From assembly GCA_036677365.1 (NCBI GenBank), contig JAVBWN010000014.1, positions 96,001 to 160,000 on the forward strand: 64,000 nt of DNA, written 5' to 3'. A program made the position numbers and the translations under genes. Positions 11,638 through 20,412 of the stretch are shown piece by piece; position 1 is the stretch's first letter; every line of letters begins with the position of its first letter. The notes under the pieces were generated by a model, which did not search any database, had not been told where the DNA came from, and was given only the letters and a program-made list of their open reading frames with translations. The stretch comes from Acholeplasma sp. GTDB lineage: Bacteria; Bacillota_I; Bacilli_A; Acholeplasmatales; UBA5453.

Positions 11638-13006
11638 GAAATTATATGTAACAATCATCATTAGCCTTGTCATAGGTTTTTTAAGTGGGTGCGAAGTAAC
11701 GCTACCCACTTTTTTAACCAAACCCGACTTGTATGAAGTATATTCAATCTTGGATCAGTACTATTATAAAGATTTAGATTTTACCATCAATGATGTCACA
11801 TCTGTTGAAGATTTATTAGAACGACTCGATGATCCTTATACCTATCTTTATGTGCCCAATACCCGTACCATCGAACTCGATGAATCCTATTACGGCATTG
11901 GTATTACCATCATCGATGATCCGCTTGGGTTGAAAATCGCGAATGTCAATCCACTGGCCGATTTGGCTGGCAAAATTTATGTGGGTGATATCATCCTTGA
12001 AGTCAATGGAACGACACTATCACCACTCGCGTACGATGAAAAAACACCCCTTTTATCGGGTGATTTGAACGATGAATTTGCTTTGGTCATACAAAGAGGA
12101 GACCAGGTGGTGAATACGACCGTTTCGGTCCATGAAATTCCCATCAACTCTGTAACATCCAAAGTGTTTGACAATAAGATTGCTTACATCGATATCAACC
12201 GCTTTGCTGGAAAAACGGGGCTGGCTTTCCGTACAGAACTCGCCTTAATCGAAGCCCAAAACCCAACCGGTTTAATCATCGATGTGCGAGATAACGGTGG
12301 TGGTTATTTGACGGCAGTGGTCGATATCATCGCGCAATTCGCTACAGGGGATGGTCCAGTGGTAACCATGCACCGAATCTATGATGATCACAAAACCAAT
12401 TATATGGGCAACCCAGATAATGTTAGAAAAACATACCCTATTGTGATACTACAAAATGAACACAGTGCGTCCGCTTCAGAAGTATTGGCGATCGCTTTAA
12501 GAGAAAATGGCAATTACCCCATTGTAGGTGCACAATCTTTTGGCAAATTCGTCTATCAAACCACCTTTGCTTTAAGTAAACAAGGGAAGGAAATGTATTT
12601 CAGTATGACCGAAGGTTATTGGTATTCACCGAATGGTAATACCGTTGAGGGGGGCATCGTGCCCGACCAAATCATCGAACAATCGGGATTATTATCGCGC
12701 AGTTATCCGATTTACGTCAAAGAACTTGTTTTAAACGATGACTTGACCGATTATCAAGCACTGATCGATGTGCTTAATTTACAAGAAGATACGTTAGAAG
12801 ACCGTACCGATGTTTTGAGTTTTGATGAAGCCCTCGAAGCCAAAATTCGTGCTTTTCAAACCGCTCAAAGTCTACCGATCACGGGCACACTGAATTACGA
12901 AACAACCATTAAATTGATTGATTTTTATCGCACATATCGTGAACAATCGGTGTTTGATTTACAACTACAAAATACGATCGATTACTTGGTGAGTTATGAA
13001 AGTTGA
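11612..13006 (+). CDS. ctpA: S41 C-terminal processing peptidase, lipoprotein (PDZ + PG-binding-like domain)
   Basis: Lipobox LSGC, GIGI PDZ loop, DVRDNGGG, SASASE, SFGK. Confidence 0.88.
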   Translation: MDVDLVKNKKLYVTIIISLVIGFLSGCEVTLPTFLTKPDLYEVYSILDQYYYKDLDFTINDVTSVEDLLERLDDPYTYLYVPNTRTIELDESYYGIGITIIDDPLGLKIANVNPLADLAGKIYVGDIILEVNGTTLSPLAYDEKTPLLSGDLNDEFALVIQRGDQVVNTTVSVHEIPINSVTSKVFDNKIAYIDINRFAGKTGLAFRTELALIEAQNPTGLIIDVRDNGGGYLTAVVDIIAQFATGDGPVVTMHRIYDDHKTNYMGNPDNVRKTYPIVILQNEHSASASEVLAIALRENGNYPIVGAQSFGKFVYQTTFALSKQGKEMYFSMTEGYWYSPNGNTVEGGIVPDQIIEQSGLLSRSYPIYVKELVLNDDLTDYQALIDVLNLQEDTLEDRTDVLSFDEALEAKIRAFQTAQSLPITGTLNYETTIKLIDFYRTYREQSVFDLQLQNTIDYLVSYES

Positions 13007-13772
13007 AAAGCTTGAACGTATCCGCTATGGCTACAAACTCACCATCGATGGTAAAATCACACCACTCGAAGAAGAAACGGTCGTCGTATTTAAACTTAGA
13101 AAAGACACGGAAATCGATGAAAAAACATGGCGAAAAATCTTAGAGGCCGATGCAATCCATGTTCAAAAAAGAAAAGCCATTGTACAGTTAAAAAAGCCCC
13201 AATCGGTCCATGAGTTTAAAACCTATTTGAGGGGGCTAGGCGTGGATGAGCAAAATATCGAGACTTGGACAAACACCTATAAAAAACTGGGCTATTTAGA
13301 TGATTTCGAATATGGTAAACTATTGGTAGAGGGCTACCAATCCAAGTATGGGGCTAAAAAAATCGAGTCCCTATTGAAGAATAAAGGATTACACTCAGAA
13401 ACCATCGAACGATTACTGCCCAAAAATGACGACGTATTAAAAAAACTCGTTCAAAAATCATGCAAATCGGTTCAAAAGTCCACCTATATCCAAGCCAAAA
13501 ATGCGATCATAAGGCAATGGATGGCCAAAGGGTTTGATTATGAAACCATCCAAACCTATGTGGACATGTATCTAGACCCAAAACGATTCAATGAAGATGA
13601 TAACATCGTTAAAGAATATAAAAAATTAAGAACAAAATACGAACGCACCTATCAAGGGTATAAATTGAAACAAAAAATCACCCAAGCACTGAGACAAAAA
13701 GGATTTACCGGTCAAAAGATCGAGCAAATATGCCTAGAAATGGAGAACGATTATGTACAAGATTTCGAATGA
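12996..13772 (+). CDS. recX: RecX family regulator
   Basis: LGYLDDFEY, GAKKIESLLKNKGL, KITQALRQKGF repeats. Confidence 0.8.
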   Translation: MKVEKLERIRYGYKLTIDGKITPLEEETVVVFKLRKDTEIDEKTWRKILEADAIHVQKRKAIVQLKKPQSVHEFKTYLRGLGVDEQNIETWTNTYKKLGYLDDFEYGKLLVEGYQSKYGAKKIESLLKNKGLHSETIERLLPKNDDVLKKLVQKSCKSVQKSTYIQAKNAIIRQWMAKGFDYETIQTYVDMYLDPKRFNEDDNIVKEYKKLRTKYERTYQGYKLKQKITQALRQKGFTGQKIEQICLEMENDYVQDFE

Positions 13773-15603
13773 AGATGCTTATTTCTTTATGCAGGGCAAA
13801 CTGTATGATGCCTATCGTATTTTTGGTGCGCATTTGATCAAAGATGAACAAGGCTACATCACAGGGACCCGTTTCACGGTGTACGCCCCCAACGCTGTGA
13901 TGGTATCGGTCGTGGGTGAATTCAATAATTGGCAAGAACATGCCCATACATTGAGTAAAATCGATGACATCGGTATTTGGTCTATCGAAATTCCGTGGAA
14001 TTTAGAATGGGCCAAATACAAATACGTCATTTTTACGAATCAAGGCAAATTGTATAAAGCAGACCCATACGCTAAATTCGCAGAAAACAGACCGAATACG
14101 GCTTCGAAAGTGTATGACATCGATGGGTATGAATGGCATGACCAAGATTGGATGTATACGAAAACAAAAGTCTATGATCAACCGGTGATGATTTATGAAA
14201 TGCACCTGGGTTCTTGGCGTACCCGTTATGGACAATTTTTTAAATTCAATGAAATCGTTGAACAATTGATCCAATACCTCAAAGAACAAAACTTTACCCA
14301 TGTCGAATTGATGCCGATATATGAACACCCATTGGATGATTCATGGGGCTATCAAGGCACAGGGTATTACGCAGCAACCGCCCGTTATGGGGTACCTAAA
14401 GATTTGATGTATATGATTGATCGTCTCCACCAAGAAGGGTTTGGGGTCATCATCGACTGGGTCCCTGGCCATATTTGTAAAGATGCCCATGGGTTATATT
14501 TCTTCGATGGGTCGCCATTATATGAACACGACGAAACCTGGAAGCGTGAAAATGAGGTATGGGGTACTGCCAACCTCGATTTATCGAAACCACAAACCAA
14601 GAGTTTCTTAATTTCAAACGCTTGTTTCTGGATGGATTATTTCCATGTGGATGGGTTTAGGGTGGATGCGGTATCTAACCTACTTTATTATTTAGGCGAT
14701 TCACGCAACGGTACTGACCAAGGTGCGATCGATTTCTTAAGACAATTATCACACGTCATTTTTGGTAAAGATGACCGTATTCTATTCATGGCAGAAGATT
14801 CCACAGCCCATGAAGGCGTCACCAAGCCGGTCGATGCGGGTGGGATTGGTTTTAATTATAAATGGAATATGGGATTTATGAATGATGTCCTCAGATACTT
14901 CAAACGTGACCCAATCCATCGTAAATGGCATCATCATGACATCACGTTCGGTTTGACCTATGCGTTCTCTGAACAATTCGTTTTACCATTTTCACACGAT
15001 GAAGTTGTCCATGGCAAAGGCACATTACTCACCAGAATGCCTGGCGATTATTGGCAAAAATTTGCGAATTACCGTTTACTCATGGGTTTATACATGACCC
15101 ACCCAGGGAAAAAGTTATTGTTCATGGGTCAAGAGTTCGCTCACTTCCAAGAATGGAGTGTCCACCGTCAACTCGACTGGAATTTATATGAGTTTAAATC
15201 GCATCACAATGCCAATGAATTTGTGAGAGATTTGTTATATTTATATAAATCTGAACCCGCTTTACATCAATTAGACCACTCAAAAGCAGGGTTCGAATGG
15301 ATTGACTCACAAAACGCTGAGCAATCGATCTTTAGCTACATCCGTTATGGTAAAAACAAAGAAGACCACGTGATCGTTGTCTTAAATATGACGCCAGTCG
15401 TATACCACCAATATGAGATTGGGGTCCCGATGGCTGGGGTCTACGATGAAATCATCAACAGTGATTTAATGAAGTATGGAGGGTCTGACCAATACAATGG
15501 GTTACCCCTTGAAACACATGAAGGTCAATGTCACCATCAATCACAGTTCGTTCAGATGACTATTGGGCCATTAACGGCACTTATTTTGAAGTATCGAAAA
15601 TAA
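13753..15603 (+). CDS. glgB: 1,4-alpha-glucan branching enzyme
   Basis: IYEMHLGSW, DGFRVDAV, AEDST, SHDEVVHGK. Confidence 0.97.
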   Translation: MYKISNEDAYFFMQGKLYDAYRIFGAHLIKDEQGYITGTRFTVYAPNAVMVSVVGEFNNWQEHAHTLSKIDDIGIWSIEIPWNLEWAKYKYVIFTNQGKLYKADPYAKFAENRPNTASKVYDIDGYEWHDQDWMYTKTKVYDQPVMIYEMHLGSWRTRYGQFFKFNEIVEQLIQYLKEQNFTHVELMPIYEHPLDDSWGYQGTGYYAATARYGVPKDLMYMIDRLHQEGFGVIIDWVPGHICKDAHGLYFFDGSPLYEHDETWKRENEVWGTANLDLSKPQTKSFLISNACFWMDYFHVDGFRVDAVSNLLYYLGDSRNGTDQGAIDFLRQLSHVIFGKDDRILFMAEDSTAHEGVTKPVDAGGIGFNYKWNMGFMNDVLRYFKRDPIHRKWHHHDITFGLTYAFSEQFVLPFSHDEVVHGKGTLLTRMPGDYWQKFANYRLLMGLYMTHPGKKLLFMGQEFAHFQEWSVHRQLDWNLYEFKSHHNANEFVRDLLYLYKSEPALHQLDHSKAGFEWIDSQNAEQSIFSYIRYGKNKEDHVIVVLNMTPVVYHQYEIGVPMAGVYDEIINSDLMKYGGSDQYNGLPLETHEGQCHHQSQFVQMTIGPLTALILKYRK

Positions 15604-15605
15604 AA

Positions 15606-15619
15606 TGTAATCGTTTGCA
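15606..15619. promoter_or_regulatory. cre-like (CcpA/LacI-type) operator upstream of glgP
   Basis: TGTAATCGTTTGCA vs consensus TGWAANCGNTNWCA (one mismatch). Confidence 0.6.
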
Positions 15620-15693
15620 AAAGAGAAGGCACCTTTCGATGAGGTGCCTTTATGGTATAATCACAATGGATTAATACTGTAAGGAGAACACAC

Positions 15694-18102
15694 ATGTCAA
15701 ATATATTTGAAAATACAGCCATTTTTAAAAAAGCATTCGTGGAACAAGTAGAAAAGACATATGCGATCGATTTTAATACCTCTACCAGTTACCAACAATA
15801 TGTGGCCTTGGGGACCTTACTCAAAGAACACATTGCTTTGGACTGGAAAGAAACAAATAAAATCGAAGCGGATAAACGTCAAGTCTATTATTTCTCAATG
15901 GAATTTTTAATGGGACGCATGATTACCAATAACTTAATGAATGCCGGCGTTTATGACGTCGTTAAATCCGCTTTTGAAGATTTAGGATTGGATATCAATG
16001 AAATCGAACACAAAGAAACCGATGCGGGTTTAGGTAATGGGGGTTTAGGTCGCTTAGCGGCTTGTTTCATGGACTCTGTCGCTGCTTTAGCACTACCGGT
16101 TCATGGCAATTGTATCCGTTACCGTTATGGCTTTTTTAAACAAAAAATTGAGAACGGCTATCAAGTTGAATACCCTGACCGTTGGTTAAAAGACATCCAC
16201 GTTTGGGAAGTCAGACGCGATGAAGAAGCGGTGGACGTGCCATTTTATGGCTACATTGAACTTTCGGTCATCGATGGTAAACTCAATGTATTCCATCGAA
16301 ATGCAGAATATGTCAAAGCCGTACCTTATGACGTACCGATTGTCGGTTATAACAACCAAGTCGTCAATACCTTACGCTTATGGAGTGCTGAACCGAGCGA
16401 CCGTTACCAAAACCAAGGTGGGACTTTCGATTACCATAAGAAACTCAGACAAATCTCAGAAATGCTTTACCCGAATGATGATACCGATGAAGGTAAAATT
16501 TTACGTCTCAAACAACAATATTTATTTTCGAGTGCAGGCGTGAACGCCGTCATAAAAAAACATAAGAAGTTGTTTGGTACCTTAGAAAATCTGGCAGAAA
16601 AAGCGGTATTCCACATCAACGATACCCATCCAACCTTAATCATTCCAGAATTGATGCGTATCTTGGTCGATGAAGAATCGATGGAATGGGAACACGCATG
16701 GGACATCACCAAACGTTGTGTGGCTTATACCAACCATACCATTTTAGCGGAAGCTTTAGAAAAATGGCCAATCCGTTTGTTCCAACCATTGTTACCTCGA
16801 ATTTATACCATCACAGAAGAAATCAACCGTCGTTTTGAAATTGAACTCAAACAACGCTTTGGTGAAAATGCCAGAGAAGTAGAAAACATGCAAATCCTCA
16901 AAAATGGCATGGTGCACATGGCCAATTTAGCGATTGTTGGTTCATTTTCAGTGAATGGGGTTGCACAGCTACATACCGATATCTTAAAAGACATCGAAAT
17001 GCGCGATTTTGCCCAATATTATCCGAATAAATTCAATAATAAAACCAACGGGATTACCCACAGACGCTGGGTCTTACAAAGCAACCCTGAAATTGTATCT
17101 ATCTTAAAGGATACGATTGGGGATGCATGGATTACCGATACGTCAAAACTGGAAGGTTTAGTCAAGTTTGCTAATGACGCATCGATTCAAAAACGATTTG
17201 AAACGATGAAGTTGGCAAGAAAACAAGCCTTAGCAGACAAGATTTATAAAGAACAAGGCGTCAAACTCAACCCACACGCGATTTTTGACATCCAAGTCAA
17301 ACGTCTCCATGAATACAAACGCCAATTGATGAATGCCCTTCACATCATGCATCTATACAATGAATTGAAGTCCAATCCTGAAATGCGTAAGCAATTCTAC
17401 CCACAAAACTTCATTTTTGGTGCGAAAGCAGCACCGACTTATTGGTTTGCGAAAAAGGTCATCAAATTGATCAATACCATAGCGGATAAAGTCAACAATG
17501 ACCCAGATACCAATGAACTATTGAAAGTTGTGTTTGTGGAAGACTATAATGTCACCTACGCTGAAACCATCATGCCGGCGGCTGACCTATCAGAACAAAT
17601 CTCGACCGCTTCCAAAGAAGCTTCGGGTACTGGGAACATGAAGTTTATGATGAATGGTGCCATCACGATTGGAACACTCGATGGTGCGAACGTTGAAATC
17701 GCTGATTTTGTCGGTGAAGAAAACATCATCATCTTTGGTTTAAATGCGAAAGAAGTCACCGATCTATATAAGAAAGGTAACTACCAACCCTATGAAATGT
17801 ATCAAAAAGACCCGAGAATCAAAAAGGTCTTAGACCAACTCACCAATGGGTTCTTTGAAAAAGTCCCACCGTATGAGTTTGAAGATATCCGTAGAAATCT
17901 ACTCGAACGCGATGTCTACCTCGTACTTAAAGATTTTGATGCGTATGTTGCGGCACAAGCCAAAGCCAACAAGTTATATCAAAATCGACCACAATGGCTG
18001 AAGATGTCCATCATGAATACCGCGAAGTCAGGATTCTTCTCGACAGACCGTACCATGGCGGAATACAACAAAGACATTTGGCACGTTGAAAAAATCAAAT
18101 AA
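15694..18102 (+). CDS. glgP: Glycogen/starch phosphorylase
   Basis: GLGNGGLGRLAAC, KRLHEYKRQ, EASGTGNMKF PLP site. Confidence 0.98.
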   Translation: MSNIFENTAIFKKAFVEQVEKTYAIDFNTSTSYQQYVALGTLLKEHIALDWKETNKIEADKRQVYYFSMEFLMGRMITNNLMNAGVYDVVKSAFEDLGLDINEIEHKETDAGLGNGGLGRLAACFMDSVAALALPVHGNCIRYRYGFFKQKIENGYQVEYPDRWLKDIHVWEVRRDEEAVDVPFYGYIELSVIDGKLNVFHRNAEYVKAVPYDVPIVGYNNQVVNTLRLWSAEPSDRYQNQGGTFDYHKKLRQISEMLYPNDDTDEGKILRLKQQYLFSSAGVNAVIKKHKKLFGTLENLAEKAVFHINDTHPTLIIPELMRILVDEESMEWEHAWDITKRCVAYTNHTILAEALEKWPIRLFQPLLPRIYTITEEINRRFEIELKQRFGENAREVENMQILKNGMVHMANLAIVGSFSVNGVAQLHTDILKDIEMRDFAQYYPNKFNNKTNGITHRRWVLQSNPEIVSILKDTIGDAWITDTSKLEGLVKFANDASIQKRFETMKLARKQALADKIYKEQGVKLNPHAIFDIQVKRLHEYKRQLMNALHIMHLYNELKSNPEMRKQFYPQNFIFGAKAAPTYWFAKKVIKLINTIADKVNNDPDTNELLKVVFVEDYNVTYAETIMPAADLSEQISTASKEASGTGNMKFMMNGAITIGTLDGANVEIADFVGEENIIIFGLNAKEVTDLYKKGNYQPYEMYQKDPRIKKVLDQLTNGFFEKVPPYEFEDIRRNLLERDVYLVLKDFDAYVAAQAKANKLYQNRPQWLKMSIMNTAKSGFFSTDRTMAEYNKDIWHVEKIK

Positions 18103-18107
18103 TCATG

Positions 18108-18148
18108 AAAAATGCGCCTGCAAAGATGATTTGCAGACGCATTTTTTT
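18108..18148. terminator. Bidirectional terminator between glgP and convergent genes
   Basis: AAAAATGCGCCTGCAAA...TTTGCAGACGCATTTTTTT. Confidence 0.85.
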
Positions 18149-18164
18149 ACTTATTAAACATGAT

Positions 18165-18422
18165 TTATTCGGAATTAAACATATTGGTAGGCAACCACGT
18201 CCCTGCACCAACCAACAGTAAGTTGATGATGATGGTGATTAGAAGATGGAAGTAGTTGACTTCTAGTCCTAGAATGAAACCAATCGATTGAACCGAATTA
18301 TACACAGGAATCAAATACATCTTGGTATCGGTTGTACTCGAACCAAATATGCTCGAAATACTCACCAACATGATGATGCGGACAATTTCTAAATAGCATT
18401 TGGTAAAAAAGGTTTTCTTCAT
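18165..18422 (-). CDS. Small membrane protein
   Basis: 85 aa with hydrophobic segments; start overlaps XRE stop (ATGA), GAGGAGG RBS. Confidence 0.7.
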   Translation of the reverse strand: MKKTFFTKCYLEIVRIIMLVSISSIFGSSTTDTKMYLIPVYNSVQSIGFILGLEVNYFHLLITIIINLLLVGAGTWLPTNMFNSE

Positions 18423-18622
18423 TGATTTTCCTCCTCATAAATAAAGACTTCTTCAACAGTCAAATCAAAATATCTCGCAATTTTCATTGCTAAAATAATC
18501 GATGGGTTATACTTACCAGTTTCGATAGAACTGATGGTTTGTCGTGATACACCCATCGCTTCAGCCAATGTTTCTTGTTTTAGATTGGCTTGTTTTCGTA
18601 ACCATTCCAGTCGATTGTTCAT
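18419..18622 (-). CDS. XRE-family HTH transcriptional regulator
   Basis: LAEAMGVSRQTISSIETGKYNPS, VEEVF. Confidence 0.92.
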   Translation of the reverse strand: MNNRLEWLRKQANLKQETLAEAMGVSRQTISSIETGKYNPSIILAMKIARYFDLTVEEVFIYEEENQ

Positions 18623-18633
18623 ACATACCCCCG

Positions 18634-18651
18634 TGTCAAGTTAACTTTACA
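18634..18651. promoter_or_regulatory. Palindromic operator upstream of XRE gene
   Basis: TGTCAAGTTAACTTTACA, one mismatched pair from a perfect palindrome. Confidence 0.6.
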
Positions 18652-18674
18652 AAAAAAAAACTAAGCAGGGTTGC

Positions 18675-19493
18675 CTAGTTCGTTTTTATGTAACGTTTGA
18701 GGTATTCAATGACACCATCTTCAGTATTGGGTTTGTCAGTAATATCGTTCGAAATCGCTTTAACTTCATCGTGACCATTGACCATCGCTACACCGTGAAA
18801 CACGACTTGTAACATATCGATGTCGTTTTTACCATCACCAAAAGCAATCACCTGTTCAGGTTCGAAACCATAATACTGGCGGACGAATTCTACCGCTTCA
18901 CCCTTAGAAGTGCGTTTTTGATAAATTTCAAATATCGCATTCTTTTGATCGTATCCCCAATCTCTAAAATTGAGGGTATCCTCACATTCATTCAAAATGA
19001 AGGACTCAAAGGCAGATTTATAAGCCACATCGATGATATACATTAAACCAGAAGGTTCGGGGTTGTTTTGGTTTGTAAAAGGACCTTCAACGAAGAAAGT
19101 ATCCTCGGTTTCATGGTACAACCAATTCAATCGATCGGTCGGTTTATACACATACAAACCATTATCCACACTATAGAACGCTGTGCGCGTGAACGGTTCT
19201 GCATATGTAAACAATTTGTCCACGACACGTTTTGGTATGGTAAGCGTCATTTTTTTAAAATGTGGATCTCTAGGATTTTCGATAGAACCGCCATTATCCG
19301 TAATCAGTGGGGTATCTAAATCCAATGTTTGATAGTAGTGGTAGCAACCCCTGAATGGACGACCGGTTGCGAGGATCACTTTATGGCCATCTTTGGACAG
19401 CTGCTTAAGGTAGTTAACTGTGGTTTCTGATAACTCTGAAGACGCATTTAATAAGGTCCCGTCTAAGTCAGAAACAATCATGTATTTTTTCAT
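18675..19493 (-). CDS. Cof-type HAD-IIB hydrolase
   Basis: SDLDGTLL, ATGR, SKG, FGDGKND; start trimmed to MKKY. Confidence 0.93.
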   Translation of the reverse strand: MKKYMIVSDLDGTLLNASSELSETTVNYLKQLSKDGHKVILATGRPFRGCYHYYQTLDLDTPLITDNGGSIENPRDPHFKKMTLTIPKRVVDKLFTYAEPFTRTAFYSVDNGLYVYKPTDRLNWLYHETEDTFFVEGPFTNQNNPEPSGLMYIIDVAYKSAFESFILNECEDTLNFRDWGYDQKNAIFEIYQKRTSKGEAVEFVRQYYGFEPEQVIAFGDGKNDIDMLQVVFHGVAMVNGHDEVKAISNDITDKPNTEDGVIEYLKRYIKTN

Positions 19494-19620
19494 TTCATCA
19501 CCGTTTATATTATCGCACATTTGAGTGTAAAATCCTAGCAGTAAAACAAATGCTTCAAAAGATAATTCTTTATCTTTTAGGCGGCTTAAGGTATAATTAA
19601 ACCAGTAAGGATGTGAAAAA

Positions 19621-20412
19621 ATGGACTGGCGACAATTCTTTTCGTTTAGACTAGAACTGGGATATCTCGGTATTTTTTTCGCTGGTGTCATGTTTGGGTT
19701 TCTATTCTTATTGTTACTCTACCTATACACCATTTTGCAGACGATGCGCAACAAGGATTTTTATAAGAAAGCCATTGAACCCGATATCGATGCTGAAGAA
19801 ATCAAATTATTGATCAAAGATGCCCAAGAACAATTCAAAAATAAAAAAGACCGCGACGATGCAGGATTGGTGAATCACTTACGGTCAATCGCGCTTGAAT
19901 TATCCAAAGACATCGCAACCAAGTTTTATCCAACATCGAAATACCCACTACTCGAACTCACCATTCAAGAAACACTGTTGTTGGGTCACTACATCACAGA
20001 CCGCGTCGACCGTTTGTTTGATGCGAAACTATTGAAGATTTTTAGAGGTAAAACCCTCGCTTCATTGATGTCTCTATATGAAGTCAAAGAAAAAGTCGAT
20101 GATTCAGCGGTCATGAAAGTTGAGAAGAAGTTCAAGGTTCGTAAACGCATCGGCGACATTTTCTCTGCCATCAATATCGCAAACCCAGCATATTGGATTA
20201 AAAAAGTGACGGTCGATAAATTGACCCAAACGATCATATTAAAGATTTGTCTTGCCATCATTGGTATTGTTGGTGAAGAAACCTATAAAATTTACAGTAA
20301 AAATGTATTCGAAATGGAAAAAGTCATCGACACAGGTGTGGATGGCATATATGAATCCATTCAAAAAGATACCGAGAAGGAGGGATTGGACGATGAGCCT
20401 GTTCAACCGTAA
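19621..20412 (+). CDS. Hypothetical membrane-anchored protein
   Basis: 263-aa ORF, N-terminal TM, AAGGA RBS, overlaps ftsK start. Confidence 0.75.
   Translation: MDWRQFFSFRLELGYLGIFFAGVMFGFLFLLLLYLYTILQTMRNKDFYKKAIEPDIDAEEIKLLIKDAQEQFKNKKDRDDAGLVNHLRSIALELSKDIATKFYPTSKYPLLELTIQETLLLGHYITDRVDRLFDAKLLKIFRGKTLASLMSLYEVKEKVDDSAVMKVEKKFKVRKRIGDIFSAINIANPAYWIKKVTVDKLTQTIILKICLAIIGIVGEETYKIYSKNVFEMEKVIDTGVDGIYESIQKDTEKEGLDDEPVQP

Noticed and set aside
19494..19691. Long N-terminal extensions in the ORF track (HAD hydrolase; likewise metK, ftsK, pstS, MFS)
   Set aside because: They overlap promoters, terminators or neighbouring genes; downstream starts have an RBS and family-typical N-termini
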